DNA of 64,000 nucleotides from Candidatus Sungbacteria bacterium RIFCSPLOWO2_01_FULL_47_32 (GTDB lineage Bacteria; Patescibacteriota; Minisyncoccia; Sungbacterales; GWA2-42-14): NCBI GenBank assembly GCA_001820685.1, contig MHQP01000033.1, positions 42 to 64,041 of the forward strand, read 5' to 3'. Shown piece by piece: positions 56,676 to 64,000 of this stretch (position 1 is its first letter; each line of letters starts with the position of its first letter). The notes under the pieces were generated by a model. It saw only the letters and a program-made list of their open reading frames with translations, ran no database searches and was not told where the DNA came from. The position numbers and the translations under genes were made by a program.

Positions 56676-57392
56676 ATGAATGCCTCTCCCTACCCTATCC
56701 GCATCAACCGCTACCTTGCAGAAAAAGGATACGCAACGCGGCGCGAGGCGGACAATATCATTTTATCCCGTCGCGTTTTCATAAACGGCCGTCTTGCCGT
56801 TCTCGGAGACAAGGTCGGGGAGAAAGATGCCGTTGAAGTGCGTCAAGAAAGCGCTGGCCAGAAAAAAGAATATTCGTATTTTGCCTTTTATAAACCAGCT
56901 GGGATTGTAACGCATAGCCCTCTGCCGGGACAAAAGAGCATCAAAAATATTTTGGATACAAAACCGGCGGTGTTTCCCGTTGGTAGGCTTGACCGAGCCT
57001 CGGAGGGGCTTATTATCCTTACAAACGACGGCAGGATAACGGACAGGCTTTTGAATCCCCGGTATGAGCATGAAAAAGAATATATTGTAAAAACAATAAT
57101 GCCTTTCAAGGATGGATTTTTGAAACGAATGGCACGGGGAGTCAGGATAGAGGGGTATTTGACAAAACCAGCCCGAACATATCGACTCGGAGAACAGGCG
57201 TTCCGAATTATTCTTACCGAAGGGAAGAAACACCAGATTCGGAGGATGTGCGCCGCGCTCGGAAACGACGTCCGCAGTTTGAAGCGTATGCGTATCATGA
57301 ATATTGAACTTAGAAGCCTAAGACCCGGAGAACAAAGGATGCTGGAGGGCAAAGAACTAACTATATTTTTACAAAGTCTGGGTCTTGCCTGA
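56676..57392 (+). CDS. Pseudouridine synthase, RsuA/RluB family (S4 domain + catalytic domain)
   Basis: S4 region IRINRYLAEKGYATRREADNIILSRRVFINGR, and the catalytic Asp motif PVGRLDRASEGLIILTNDG. The probable start is MNASPY at 56676. Confidence 0.8.
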   Translation: MNASPYPIRINRYLAEKGYATRREADNIILSRRVFINGRLAVLGDKVGEKDAVEVRQESAGQKKEYSYFAFYKPAGIVTHSPLPGQKSIKNILDTKPAVFPVGRLDRASEGLIILTNDGRITDRLLNPRYEHEKEYIVKTIMPFKDGFLKRMARGVRIEGYLTKPARTYRLGEQAFRIILTEGKKHQIRRMCAALGNDVRSLKRMRIMNIELRSLRPGEQRMLEGKELTIFLQSLGLA

Positions 57393-57400
57393 TACATAAC

Positions 57401-57432
57401 AAAAACATTCCCCGAGCGAGGGATGTTTTTTA
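57401..57432. terminator. Bidirectional terminator between convergent genes
   Basis: AACATTCCCC-GAGCGA-GGGATGTT followed by TTTTTATTTGTTTTTT. Confidence 0.5.
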
Positions 57433-57440
57433 TTTGTTTT

Positions 57441-57824
57441 TTATGAAACTCCGAGCTTTTTTTTGACGAGAAAAATAAGCTCATCAAGCATCCAGTCTGC
57501 TTTAATAAGGTAATCAAACACTCCTTCCTCCATTGAGTCGGAGACTTTTTTTTCATCGCTCAAATTTGTAAGCATGAATATTGAAGCTCCCTTTCCCCAT
57601 GAGTCTTGACGAAGTTTTTTCAACATCGTTATGCCATCCATTTTAGGCATGATGATGTCAAGCAAGATAAGATCGGGGTGTTCTGCCAGAGCCATTTCGA
57701 GTCCTTCAACACCGTCGTTCGCGGCAAGAACAGTAAATCCTTCTCCCACAAATCGGTTTTTGATGGTGTCCCTCAAGGCGGGCTCGTCCTCCACAACCAA
57801 GATTTTTTTGTGTATTTCCGCCAT
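57441..57824 (-). CDS. Stand-alone response-regulator receiver (CheY-like REC) protein
   Basis: KILVVEDEPALRD...LILLDIIMPKMDGITMLKKLR...ASIFMLTNL; the phospho-acceptor Asp lies in LLDI. No output domain. Confidence 0.75.
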   Translation of the reverse strand: MAEIHKKILVVEDEPALRDTIKNRFVGEGFTVLAANDGVEGLEMALAEHPDLILLDIIMPKMDGITMLKKLRQDSWGKGASIFMLTNLSDEKKVSDSMEEGVFDYLIKADWMLDELIFLVKKKLGVS

Positions 57825-57976
57825 ACCGTATGGGCGAGAAAGTGACTCCAGTAACTTTTACCTTGTAAACGCCACCGCAACTTTCTTCGCCGGTTACTAG
57901 CCGTTGAACCGGCTTTTCCTTTTTAAAAATATCCTCAACCCTCGTGATAAGACCAGAGATATCAAAATTTGCCTTC

Positions 57977-58285
57977 TCAATGTATTCGGACACGTAATAT
58001 TTGCGCATTCTCTTTCAATTTTTCATCGGGCATAAGACTTGAAATGATGACGATAGGAACATTCTTTCCCCACTCTCCATTTGTCCGCAGCTCACTTAAA
58101 AAATTAATACCATCTGTTTCAGGGAGCATGAGATCAAGCAGAATGATATCCGATTGCTCCGTAATCGCACGCGCAAAACCGTCGGACCCGCTCCCTTTCT
58201 GAATAACGCGATAGCCCGCCTCAGTCAGCCGTTCGGCTATCATTTCACGTAATGAGGCGTTATCCTCGACAATGAGTATTTTTTT
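57977..58285 (-). CDS. Second stand-alone REC-domain protein; N-terminus lacks a canonical start and appears disrupted at an A8 tract
   Basis: The track ORF starts at MIAERL (58243). In-frame upstream codons encode KKSKKILIVEDNASLRE (58244-58285) but are preceded by TAA with no ATG/GTG/TTG. An ATG at 58313 becomes in-frame if one A is added to the A8 run. Confidence 0.5.
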   Translation of the reverse strand, partial: KKILIVEDNASLREMIAERLTEAGYRVIQKGSGSDGFARAITEQSDIILLDLMLPETDGINFLSELRTNGEWGKNVPIVIISSLMPDEKLKENAQILRVRIH

Positions 58286-58467
58286 GATTTTTTTTAAAAA
58301 ATTTGTTGAACATCCGCTCTTTGTATTCTATCAAATTGCCGATTTTACCACCACACAAGAAATCCACTTTCCGACAAATTTCCAATGTTTTAGACGGAAT
58401 AAAAAAGGATAAGAAGATGTTTTTGGTCTAACTGCTATCCCCCTGTTTGAAATTCTTGTTTTAAAAG

Positions 58468-59043
58468 CTATAAGTAGCCGCCCGAGTCAAGGCCTCGATA
58501 GATAACATCCAAATCGCTTATTGGCACTCCTTTAATATTTCCTTTTTTAAGAAGCGGCCTGAATGCCTTAAGAGGAAAAAATTTTTTCTCAAAAACGTCG
58601 CCGTCTTCCGCGCGTCCCCCACCGTGATGCTTTTTACAGAGCATTTTATTTTCCCGGCATCCTTCGGCAACGAACGCGTGTGAAAATCCCGTCGAGTACA
58701 CGTCGTCGAAATAGGCGCCGATGTATTTCATGCGCTTCACGTGGACATGTGCCTCTTCGCAAAGTTCACGTTCCGCAGCGAGCCTGAAAGAACCTCGATC
58801 TTTTGCATCAACCCCTCCTCCCGGAATCCCCCAGGCCCAACGCCTCGGCCCGCGTTCAAATTTCCTTAAAAGAATAATGTCCCGCGCGTTCGTAAGAGGA
58901 ACTATCATAACAGAAGGCCGCTGTGTGTGTATGAGGAACGAACCTTCTTCATTTGCATATTCAATGCGCTTAATTCCCCGCCCATATGCGCGATATTCCT
59001 TCGGAAAAAATTCTTTTTCTTTTTTAATCTTCTGAATTTTCAT
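58468..59043 (-). CDS. NUDIX hydrolase (ADP-ribose pyrophosphatase-like)
   Basis: Nudix box GIPGGGVDAKDRGSFRLAAERELCEEAHV. Confidence 0.75.
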   Translation of the reverse strand: MKIQKIKKEKEFFPKEYRAYGRGIKRIEYANEEGSFLIHTQRPSVMIVPLTNARDIILLRKFERGPRRWAWGIPGGGVDAKDRGSFRLAAERELCEEAHVHVKRMKYIGAYFDDVYSTGFSHAFVAEGCRENKMLCKKHHGGGRAEDGDVFEKKFFPLKAFRPLLKKGNIKGVPISDLDVIYRGLDSGGYL

Positions 59044-59045
59044 AG

Positions 59046-59477
59046 CTATACCAACTCAATAAACGCATCCATTCCCGGAAGTTTTTTGAGTTTTTTCGTT
59101 TCTTTCTTCGTGAACCACCCTATGTCGCTCACTTCTTTGTTGTTTACTTTCGGTTTTCCTTTTTTAATCCGGCATTCAAAAACCAAAACAAAGACATGGC
59201 GATGATATTTGATAGTGCCCTCTCGATGAGTCCATGTATTCATTTTAACGCGTGGCAAAAACCGTTTGACCGCAACATCGCACCCCATTTCTTCTTTGCA
59301 TTCGCGCACAACCGCGCGCTCCGGAGTCTCCCCCATTTCAACCGCCCCTCCCGGAAATTCCCACTTGTCGTGAGCATCTTTATAACGAGGGTCATTCCTT
59401 TTTTGCAAAAAAATTCTGCCTTTATTGTCGGTAATAATGGCCGCGGCACATATTGTTTGCTTTTGCAATATTTTCAT
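59046..59477 (-). CDS. NUDIX hydrolase (MutT-like)
   Basis: Nudix box WEFPGGAVEMGETPERAVVRECKEEMG. Confidence 0.75.
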   Translation of the reverse strand: MKILQKQTICAAAIITDNKGRIFLQKRNDPRYKDAHDKWEFPGGAVEMGETPERAVVRECKEEMGCDVAVKRFLPRVKMNTWTHREGTIKYHRHVFVLVFECRIKKGKPKVNNKEVSDIGWFTKKETKKLKKLPGMDAFIELV

Positions 59478-59482
59478 AGAGA

Positions 59483-59812
59483 TTATTTTGAAAATAGCCG
59501 AAATTTGATGATTTTTACAGTCGTATCGGGACCGGCTTCTTTCCCATAATATCCCCGAAGTGCTTCGTACATTTTCTCCTTGTTTTTATACATTTCGTGC
59601 CCCTCGTAATCGGCTCCCTCAATTTCCGCAAGCTTTTTTTCTTTCATCGAAACAATCTCTGCTTTTGCAAAATTTTCATCAGTTTCTTTATCAACAAGCA
59701 AAAGTTCGTCCCCTTCCTTCAAGTTCTTATCGTCAAAAAGCCTCCACGTTGAAGTTTTTTCTCCGGATACAATCAACGGCACGAATTGATGGGCAAATTT
59801 GAGTGTTTTCAT
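59483..59812 (-). CDS. ASCH-domain protein
   Basis: KFAHQFVPLIVSGEKTSTWRLFDDKNLKEGDELLLVD matches the ASCH beta-barrel N-terminal pattern (GxKT.T.R). Confidence 0.55.
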   Translation of the reverse strand: MKTLKFAHQFVPLIVSGEKTSTWRLFDDKNLKEGDELLLVDKETDENFAKAEIVSMKEKKLAEIEGADYEGHEMYKNKEKMYEALRGYYGKEAGPDTTVKIIKFRLFSK

Positions 59813-59842
59813 GATGAATTCTCTGATTCCCTATACATGTGC

Positions 59843-60337
59843 TTACTTCTTTGTATTTTTGTTGCCATACTTAAGCACGTCTCGCTCTTCTGTGAGTGTT
59901 TTGAGAATATCTTTCAACTGCCAGTCAAGAAGCCGTAGCAGTTTTTCCATAACCATGCGCTTATACCCCTCCTCAAGGGTTGCTGTCGAAAGAAGTGTGA
60001 CGATACTTTCGAGAATTTGTTTTCGTTCCTCTGTTTCTGGAAAAACAACGCGGTACTCACTGCTATCAATCATGTCGATCACGGTCGGGAAAAAGTCCCT
60101 ATCGCTCGGAAGAATTGTTTTCGATATCAATGAGTGGCTGTCGTCATCCGCATCGGGCCCGTGTGCCATGACACTTACGCCTCCAGAAAATATTTCGCCA
60201 AAGCGCAGAGAAAGCTCCATGCGTGCCTCCTCGATGGTACCCGACACGTCAAAGTGAAGCCCCTCATTAACACTTACAGGACCTATATCGCGCTCATCCA
60301 TGCGCCGAATGATATGAAATGAGATTGAATTATCCAT
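59843..60337 (-). CDS. Hypothetical acidic protein (164 aa)
   Basis: Clean ORF with an 8-nt overlap with the upstream HEXXH gene. No recognisable family. Confidence 0.4.
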   Translation of the reverse strand: MDNSISFHIIRRMDERDIGPVSVNEGLHFDVSGTIEEARMELSLRFGEIFSGGVSVMAHGPDADDDSHSLISKTILPSDRDFFPTVIDMIDSSEYRVVFPETEERKQILESIVTLLSTATLEEGYKRMVMEKLLRLLDWQLKDILKTLTEERDVLKYGNKNTKK

Positions 60338-61646
60338 TTGGTTTGTGGTTTGTTTGAATAAATAACTTTGGAGGCGTTATAGTACCGCCGGAAAGCTTTG
60401 TTGCGACATAATCCGAATGAGCTTTCTTGTGGCTTAAAACATCAAAGTCCGGGTCAGTTTTCGCAAAAAACCACTTGATAAGTTCGAGATCTTTCGGCGA
60501 AAGGCGTCCTGGGTCCTTTCCTCCATTCCAATAATTTGGCGGGTGCGCAAAATATTCTTTCACAATCACTGCCCAGTATTCACCTGCCCTCAGCCGCATG
60601 TCCTCTTTAGGAGATTCTGTCCCGCGTATAGATTCGACATACTCCGATACAAACCGGTCAGGAGCAACAACACGCTCAAGGACTTTCTGCTGGAACTGGA
60701 GTCGTTCTTCAAGCGACATTACTTTGTTTTTGTTCCAGTCAACGCTATGGCCGAGCTCATGAGAAAGCGACTTTAACAGCTTGTTTGGATCTTTGCAGTC
60801 AGCAAAAAACTCTATTGATCCGCGCTCTCTGTCCATTTCCCCGCAAACCTGCCAATCTTGTAGATTTGGACCATAGTCAGGGCCCATCTTCTCTGCTCTA
60901 TTCGTATACGTAATTGAGCTGATGTGCTGAAGCCATGATTTTGGATATGCGGCCTTTAAGTAAGCTTCAAACTCTTCACTTTTGATATTCGCCAACTCAA
61001 AACCCTGAAGCGTTGGCCCCTGCTCCTTCTGCATTGCTTCCGGCCGCTTTTTTACCCACTGTACGAATTCAACATATGATATAGGACCTGACATCCCCAT
61101 TTTTTCCTGCTTTGACTCTTCTCCCTTCCTGTATGCAAATTTTGACGGATAGTACTCAAACCAAAGAGTGGAAGCGTGCATCTTTTCCTCCGTCTGCCGA
61201 ATCATTTCTTCTATTCTTTCCATCTCGGCATTCGCCTCTATCATCTCCTGTGTTTGGACCATTTCTTTTCTTGGCGCCGTCACACCGCGCGACTCGATAG
61301 CTCCGCCATTTGTGAGTGTTCCTTTTTTCGCTTCTGGCTTTTGGGCGTCTCTTTTAGACCTGCCCAAGTAATCGGTCAGCCATTTAAAATCCAAAGGAAG
61401 CTTTTTCTCTTTCTCACGAAGCACTTCGGATATTGACGTCCGCGAGCGACCTTTCTCTCCAGCCCCTTTTTCAATAGTACCCGATATCGCTCCCATTGCC
61501 ACCCACGCGCTGAAAAGAACGGCGCCAATCTTTGCTGTCGTCTGCTTTCGTATCCGTTCGCGCCGCCACTGAAGCTTTTCTTGGTTCAAAGCTTCCAGCT
61601 CTTTGGCGCTAAGTTCGCCTTCAATATTTTCAGGTTTATGTTCCAT
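60330..61646 (-). CDS. Membrane-anchored putative zinc metallopeptidase (HEXXH motif)
   Basis: One TM helix (IGAVLFSAWVAMGAISG) and the motif SLSHELGHSVDW inside a ~250-aa C-terminal globular region. Confidence 0.5.
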   Translation of the reverse strand: MEHKPENIEGELSAKELEALNQEKLQWRRERIRKQTTAKIGAVLFSAWVAMGAISGTIEKGAGEKGRSRTSISEVLREKEKKLPLDFKWLTDYLGRSKRDAQKPEAKKGTLTNGGAIESRGVTAPRKEMVQTQEMIEANAEMERIEEMIRQTEEKMHASTLWFEYYPSKFAYRKGEESKQEKMGMSGPISYVEFVQWVKKRPEAMQKEQGPTLQGFELANIKSEEFEAYLKAAYPKSWLQHISSITYTNRAEKMGPDYGPNLQDWQVCGEMDRERGSIEFFADCKDPNKLLKSLSHELGHSVDWNKNKVMSLEERLQFQQKVLERVVAPDRFVSEYVESIRGTESPKEDMRLRAGEYWAVIVKEYFAHPPNYWNGGKDPGRLSPKDLELIKWFFAKTDPDFDVLSHKKAHSDYVATKLSGGTITPPKLFIQTNHKPNG

Positions 61647-61673
61647 GATACTTTTGATGTATGAAAAACGCTG

Positions 61674-62327
61674 CTAGTTTATGACGAACCACTTTCCTTC
61701 GCTTATAACTTCAACTTCTCCATCAATAACCTTGAGGGCGGAATTATCGTCGAGGACATAAATTTTTTCTTTCATTCCTTTTGTGGCATCCTTTACGTTG
61801 CCTTCTCTTAACTTCTTGAAATAAGGTGAATTAAAGTGCGGCAAGAAATAAAATTCTACAAAGTTAAGACCCTTCATATCTTCCGATTTGTCTAAATCCT
61901 CTTCGTAAACAATTTGAGAGATTTTAAGAGCTAAATCAGGATTTGTTACCATACTTCCCGCGCTTAAACCTACATAGACTTTGTTCTCCAACAATTCGGG
62001 AAGAAGAGAAGCGAGACCAGATTTGTTTATCCATTCCATCAAATAGTATGAATTGCCTCCCCCAAAGAATAAAATATCTGCCTCCTCAAATTTCGGCTTC
62101 CATATTTTTTCACCAACCGCTGAAATATCCGCAATATCTATAGATTTGAAATTCTGTTTTTTCAAATTCATCAAATCATCGATCAGCCAGCTCTTATCAC
62201 CCTTTTCCACGTTTGAAGCGGTTGGAATAAAAACAAGTGAAGTATCTTCTGGTTTTTTACCAACCAAGTCAAATAAGGCGTTTTCTATAGACTTGTTAGT
62301 GATACCGCCTGATGTAAGTAACAATTT
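61674..62327 (-). CDS. Peptidase S51 (dipeptidase E / class I glutamine-amidotransferase-like)
   Basis: KLLLTSGGI...FFGGGNSYYLMEW...VGLSAGSMV has the catalytic Ser in the GLSAGS context. The probable start is at 62327. Confidence 0.7.
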   Translation of the reverse strand, partial: KLLLTSGGITNKSIENALFDLVGKKPEDTSLVFIPTASNVEKGDKSWLIDDLMNLKKQNFKSIDIADISAVGEKIWKPKFEEADILFFGGGNSYYLMEWINKSGLASLLPELLENKVYVGLSAGSMVTNPDLALKISQIVYEEDLDKSEDMKGLNFVEFYFLPHFNSPYFKKLREGNVKDATKGMKEKIYVLDDNSALKVIDGEVEVISEGKWFVIN

Positions 62328-62401
62328 CATAATTTCTCCTATTAACACAACACGTCGCAAAATGTCATCTCATTTGCTGTAACATTTTTTTATATACGGT
62401 T

Positions 62402-63346
62402 CTAATGGGAAATGCTTTGGCTTAAGAGCTTTAAAACTCTACCACGATACTCCTCCATCTCTGCGTCACCGCCTGCAATCGGAATCTCTTTACGGAGTGT
62501 CTTTAAACATCCGAGCGCAAGACGAAGTTTGAAATCATTTTTGGAAAATCCTTTTTGATACAAAAAAGTATCAACAATATCGGTTCTTGAAAGCGGCAGA
62601 AGGTCGTAAATTGGATATTTTACAAAACCCATCATGGGGTCTTGAAACGATGCAGATTCAAAATCCAGGTAGCCAGTTATCTTCCCGTCTTTTGCAAGAA
62701 AGTTTCCCGGCTGATAATCGCCGTTGGAAATAACTAACGGCGTATCTACATTTTTAAGAACGTTTCGTAAATAATCTACCGCTTCTTGAAAGACCTTTTC
62801 ATGAAACCATTGATTATCCTCTTTGTTAAGGTCTTCAAGCTCCATTGCAAGAGTAAAACGCGGCATCAATTTTGCTACTTCGTGCTTCTCAATAAATGGT
62901 GTAGCATTCATTAATATAAGAACCGCAGAAACAAGCAATCTCTTTGCCTCTTGCAAGCCATCTTCGGAGCGCATGCTAAGCTTTTGTAAATTTTCTCCAG
63001 GAAGAAGCGAATATACCACCTCGCTTTCTCCCGCGTCATTTTGAAAGGGCCCTGCCAGAACTTTTGGAACAGGCAAACCGAATTCTTCCAGCGCATGAAA
63101 CATTTGTATCTCTGTTCTTACCTCGCCGTGCCTATTTTGCCTTAAAACGACATCAACAAGGTTCCCGCCCGCTGTTTTAATTGTCACCAAAACAGGACAC
63201 GGCAAATCATAGTTATCAAAATACTCGGCTTTCACAATAGAACGATAGTCAGCACTGACGCCAAGAAGTATTTTTTCTTCGGTCGGAGTTAATTCAACTT
63301 TTCTTTCTTCATCGCTATGAAATGTATTCATTGGCTCAATTTTCAT
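62402..63346 (-). CDS. Phosphotransferase enzyme family protein (APH/ePK-like kinase fold)
   Basis: Brenner motif LVISNGDYQPGNFLA (the HGD-x-x-x-N equivalent) and the Mg-binding GYLDFESAS (DFE). Confidence 0.6.
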   Translation of the reverse strand: MKIEPMNTFHSDEERKVELTPTEEKILLGVSADYRSIVKAEYFDNYDLPCPVLVTIKTAGGNLVDVVLRQNRHGEVRTEIQMFHALEEFGLPVPKVLAGPFQNDAGESEVVYSLLPGENLQKLSMRSEDGLQEAKRLLVSAVLILMNATPFIEKHEVAKLMPRFTLAMELEDLNKEDNQWFHEKVFQEAVDYLRNVLKNVDTPLVISNGDYQPGNFLAKDGKITGYLDFESASFQDPMMGFVKYPIYDLLPLSRTDIVDTFLYQKGFSKNDFKLRLALGCLKTLRKEIPIAGGDAEMEEYRGRVLKLLSQSISH

Positions 63347-63476
63347 AAATTTTTCTATTTACTGCGGCGCTTCTTGATGCGTTATGCTTACGGAAAAGAA
63401 TTTTTAAGCTCATACCTCCAGCCCGGTTGCCATTTCCATGGGGCGAGGACGACTTCTTCCAACGGCTTGCCCAAAA

Positions 63477-63836
63477 TCAGACTCTCAAGGGCGTATTGCG
63501 TCGCGCGATGCCCAGTTCGTAGGAAGCACTTTTACCCAAATATCCCTCCGGATTTACGAAATAACTAAAGCCATTTTCGCCGAGACGTTTAAGATTATGC
63601 AGATACAACAGCTCTATCATGCGCGAATCGGTTTCCGTATCGGTTGAGAGCATTGCAAAACCGTCTTTTGTTCCGATAACTTCCGAAGCGCTCGGCTCCA
63701 AAACTTCAATGCCAGCATCCGTAAACAAACGATGAATGCGCTGAATTTCGCCAAAATGCTTCCGGAAGCTACCGTGAAGCACACACCGGAATTTTGCTTT
63801 GTTGGTATTTTGATTCATAAAAATTTTATATCTCAT
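63477..63836 (-). CDS. Nucleoside 2-deoxyribosyltransferase-like protein
   Basis: CVLHGSFRKHF N-terminal and YFVNPEGYLGKSASYELGIA resemble the NDT motif GTxFELGYA with a catalytic Glu. Confidence 0.35.
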   Translation of the reverse strand: MRYKIFMNQNTNKAKFRCVLHGSFRKHFGEIQRIHRLFTDAGIEVLEPSASEVIGTKDGFAMLSTDTETDSRMIELLYLHNLKRLGENGFSYFVNPEGYLGKSASYELGIARRNTPLRV

Positions 63837-64000
63837 AACATTTTTTGATATGCGATATGAATGGGAAATTATTAATCGCTATCAGGTGCTACCTTTTCTT
63901 TCTCTTCGGCAAAAAGTTGAAATATCCTTTCAAGATATTGCTGGGCGCTACTGCGTGTTTCATCATCCTTAAGGCCCGCTATTGCTAGCTTTATCTTTGT

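Noticed and set aside
63883-64000. Possible partial minus-strand CDS at the 3' window edge (TKIKLAIAGLKDDETRSSAQQYLERIFQLFAEEKEKVAPDSD*)
   Set aside because: Only 39 codons are visible with no recognisable motif. Too short to support as a feature.

Overview
The window is 64 kb, roughly 45-50% GC, and is coded almost entirely on the minus strand. It looks like an uncultivated bacterium. A lamin-tail-domain giant surface protein and dense glycosylation genes are reminiscent of CPR/Patescibacteria, but I could not verify this. Positions ~360-27,400 form a dense cell-surface glycosylation supercluster. It holds five GT-C (ArnT/PMT-like) integral-membrane glycosyltransferases; three of them are paralogs sharing a conserved C-terminal soluble domain ending ...SGPFVEIY. 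It also holds three DPM1/GtrB/ArnC-like polyprenol-phosphate GT2 enzymes, a GtrA-like mini-protein, five GT4 enzymes (one is a tandem GT4-GT4), four class I SAM methyltransferases, two SDR epimerase/dehydratases, an NDP-sugar pyrophosphorylase and an amidohydrolase. Two unusual fusions sit in the cluster: a methyltransferase-like domain fused to GT2, and a nitroreductase fused to a methyltransferase-like domain. A PLP-dependent Met/Cys enzyme lies on the plus strand inside the cluster. After the cluster come a P-loop NTPase-CYTH gene split by a frameshift in a homopolymer, a Trp-rich 16-aa-repeat membrane protein encoded by degenerate 48-bp tandem repeats, a phosphoribosyltransferase, a MetF-like reductase, a DUF4382 protein and a DnaQ-like exonuclease. 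A fifth ArnT-like GT-C follows. Two giant secreted proteins come next: a 1264-aa protein with a Zn-phospholipase-C-like domain, a lamin-tail domain and beta-helix repeats, and a 1170-aa protein with signal peptide, coiled coil, peptidoglycan-binding domain and a Thr/Ser/Gly-rich beta-repeat region. Positions 42.3-49.8 kb are a low-coding-density region carrying a dispersed palindromic repeat family built on CCC(C)(A/G)TTAGA(A/G)G. One pair of these boxes forms perfect 14-bp inverted repeats around a gene for a four-helix-bundle plus winged-helix protein. The same region has two perfect DnaA boxes in a 1.1-kb AT-rich non-coding stretch, a TGTCG direct-repeat array, galU and clpB. The last 11 kb holds housekeeping and hypothetical genes: DUF192, Maf, an MFS transporter plus an ABC-ATPase remnant, an RluB/RsuA-like pseudouridine synthase, two stand-alone REC proteins (one disrupted at a poly-A tract), two NUDIX hydrolases, an ASCH protein, an HEXXH membrane protein, a PepE-like peptidase and an APH-like kinase. 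I found no rRNA, tRNA or CRISPR.
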